A program made the translations under genes and the position numbers. Below are positions 62,417 through 63,608 of a DNA stretch of 63,608 bases, piece after piece (within the stretch, counting starts at the first letter, position 1; each line of letters begins with the position of its first letter). This stretch comes from a bacterium (GTDB lineage: Bacteria; Patescibacteriota; Patescibacteriia; UBA1558; S5-K13): contig JAKPTO010000030.1 of NCBI GenBank assembly GCA_029555085.1, forward strand, positions 1-63,608, read 5' to 3'. The notes under the pieces were generated by a model. It was not told the origin of the DNA. It made no database searches and saw only the letters and a list, made by a program, of their open reading frames with translations.

Positions 62417-63608
62417 ATGAGCATAGAACAACCTGGAGGAGCTTTTCTACATCAAAAAGATTCTAAACTTCATACAAGTAAATATGTAGAACATGAACAA
62501 GAAAGAAGGAAAAGAACAGGAGAACTAACTTCAAGTAAACCAGCAGATAAAATAAATGACTTTATGGAAGTATTAGAAAAAATACATCTTGGTCATAGAG
62601 ATGATGAAAAAATTCTTGATCGTATAAAGGATTATTATCATAAAGAATATGTAATTAAAGAAAATGATGTTCCTGAATCATATTTTGATAATCAAAGAAG
62701 AATATTAAGAGAACAGGGACATGGAAATGTTAATTTTACAAAAAAGGAAAGAGGGGATTCAATAGAAGTACTTCAAAATGATCAAAGATCAACTTTAGAT
62801 AACTGGATAAATTATTTTACATCTACTGATTCAGATAGTTTTCCAATGTGGGCAAAGTATTGGGCATTCAATGGAATGACAAAACTATCTACCTATGATA
62901 AAGAAAAACATAAATTCAATATTAGAGACAAAGGAACTGTAGCACCTTTTGTTGATCTAAACAGAGAAGCACTTGCATATACAATTGATTCAATTATTAA
63001 AAAAGCAAAAGGTGAAAACATAGCACTAGAACAAGAAGATCCTGAATTTAAAAAACTACTCAATGGTGCTAATTTCGGAAAACTGTATGCTTATGCAATT
63101 GAAAAAGTCACTCCTGCAAAAGAAAACGAACTAGAAAATACTAAAGGTGAATGGATTAAATACAACAAAGGTTCAGATCATATGCCACTTGTAAAATCAC
63201 TTCAAGGACATGGAACTGGATGGTGTACAGCAGGAGAAAACACAGCACAAAAACACCTTCAAGGAGGTGATTTCTATGTATATTATTCATATGATGAGAA
63301 TAAAAAACCAACTATTCCAAGAGTAGCTATTAGAATGAAGGGACATCAAATAAATGAAGTTCGTGGAATAGCAAAAGATCAAAATCTAGATCCATACATA
63401 AATGATGTTGTAACTGAAAAACTAAATGAATTTCCAGATGGAGAACTATATCAGAAAAAAGTAGAAGATATGAAAAGATTAACTGAAATAGATAATAAAT
63501 CTAAATCAGGACAAGAACTAAACAAAGACGATCTTAGATTTCTCTATGAAATAGATTCAGAAATCAAAGGATTTGGTTATGAAAAAGACCCAAGAATACA
63601 AGAAATAC
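62417..63608 (+). CDS. Hypothetical protein, 3'-truncated by the window end (over 397 aa)
   Basis: The frame is open from ATG 62417 to the last base. My translation is MSIEQPGGAFLHQKDSKLH...LQGHGTGWCTAGENTAQKHLQGGDFYVYY.... It is not in the supplied ORF track because no stop is reached. No family recognised. Confidence 0.6.
   Translation, partial: MSIEQPGGAFLHQKDSKLHTSKYVEHEQERRKRTGELTSSKPADKINDFMEVLEKIHLGHRDDEKILDRIKDYYHKEYVIKENDVPESYFDNQRRILREQGHGNVNFTKKERGDSIEVLQNDQRSTLDNWINYFTSTDSDSFPMWAKYWAFNGMTKLSTYDKEKHKFNIRDKGTVAPFVDLNREALAYTIDSIIKKAKGENIALEQEDPEFKKLLNGANFGKLYAYAIEKVTPAKENELENTKGEWIKYNKGSDHMPLVKSLQGHGTGWCTAGENTAQKHLQGGDFYVYYSYDENKKPTIPRVAIRMKGHQINEVRGIAKDQNLDPYINDVVTEKLNEFPDGELYQKKVEDMKRLTEIDNKSKSGQELNKDDLRFLYEIDSEIKGFGYEKDPRIQEI

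Noticed and set aside
1-63608. Alternative genetic code (UGA recoding as in Gracilibacteria/Absconditabacteria)
   Set aside because: All conserved genes, including the ribosomal proteins, EF-Tu, SecY and TopA, are full length under the standard code with no in-frame TGA interruptions.
1-63608. CRISPR arrays, cas genes, rRNA genes, prophage or classic defence islands
   Set aside because: I found no regularly spaced direct repeats, no cas-like ORFs, no rRNA-like conserved stretches and no phage structural gene clusters. The only repeats are those listed above.

Overview
The window is visibly AT-rich, gene-dense DNA that reads cleanly in the standard genetic code. It has the hallmarks of a Candidate Phyla Radiation / Patescibacteria (Parcubacteria-like) genome. 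The str-S10-spc ribosomal cluster is contiguous (rpsL to map, 37.6-55.5 kb) and has no L30 gene between rpsE and rplO. Several ribosomal proteins carry long K/E-rich tails. Housekeeping genes are otherwise few: topA, dprA, relA/spoT, der, pth, dnaB, recR, ybaB and comM.

The most distinctive region is 7.4-23.9 kb. Three very large secreted, Cys-rich surface proteins are encoded here: a fibre-motif protein, an Ig-like protein with six Cys modules, and a double-LamG protein with Trp-rich repeats. They lie directly upstream of, and co-oriented with, a secretin-less type IV pilus machine: pilM-pilN-pilO-small TM-pilB-CheY receiver-pilT-pilC-pilin.

Smaller points of interest:
- An IS481-like transposase sits at the window edge next to comM.
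- A promoter-to-terminator structured RNA or leader with no ORF lies at 31.37-31.70 kb.
- A GIY-YIG gene is bracketed by direct repeats that copy the 5' end of the adjacent tRNA-Ser.
- A ZIP transporter gene is bracketed by a degenerate duplicate of the neighbouring gene start.
- A GC-rich islet encodes a small Cys-rich protein with its own promoter.
- A Phd/YefM-like mini-ORF sits between fusA and tuf.
- Related hairpins flank tuf.

Three tRNAs were found by eye: Arg-GCG, Ser-GCU and Lys-UUU. I saw no rRNA, CRISPR array or reverse transcriptase. All calls rest on motif recognition by eye; no searches were run.
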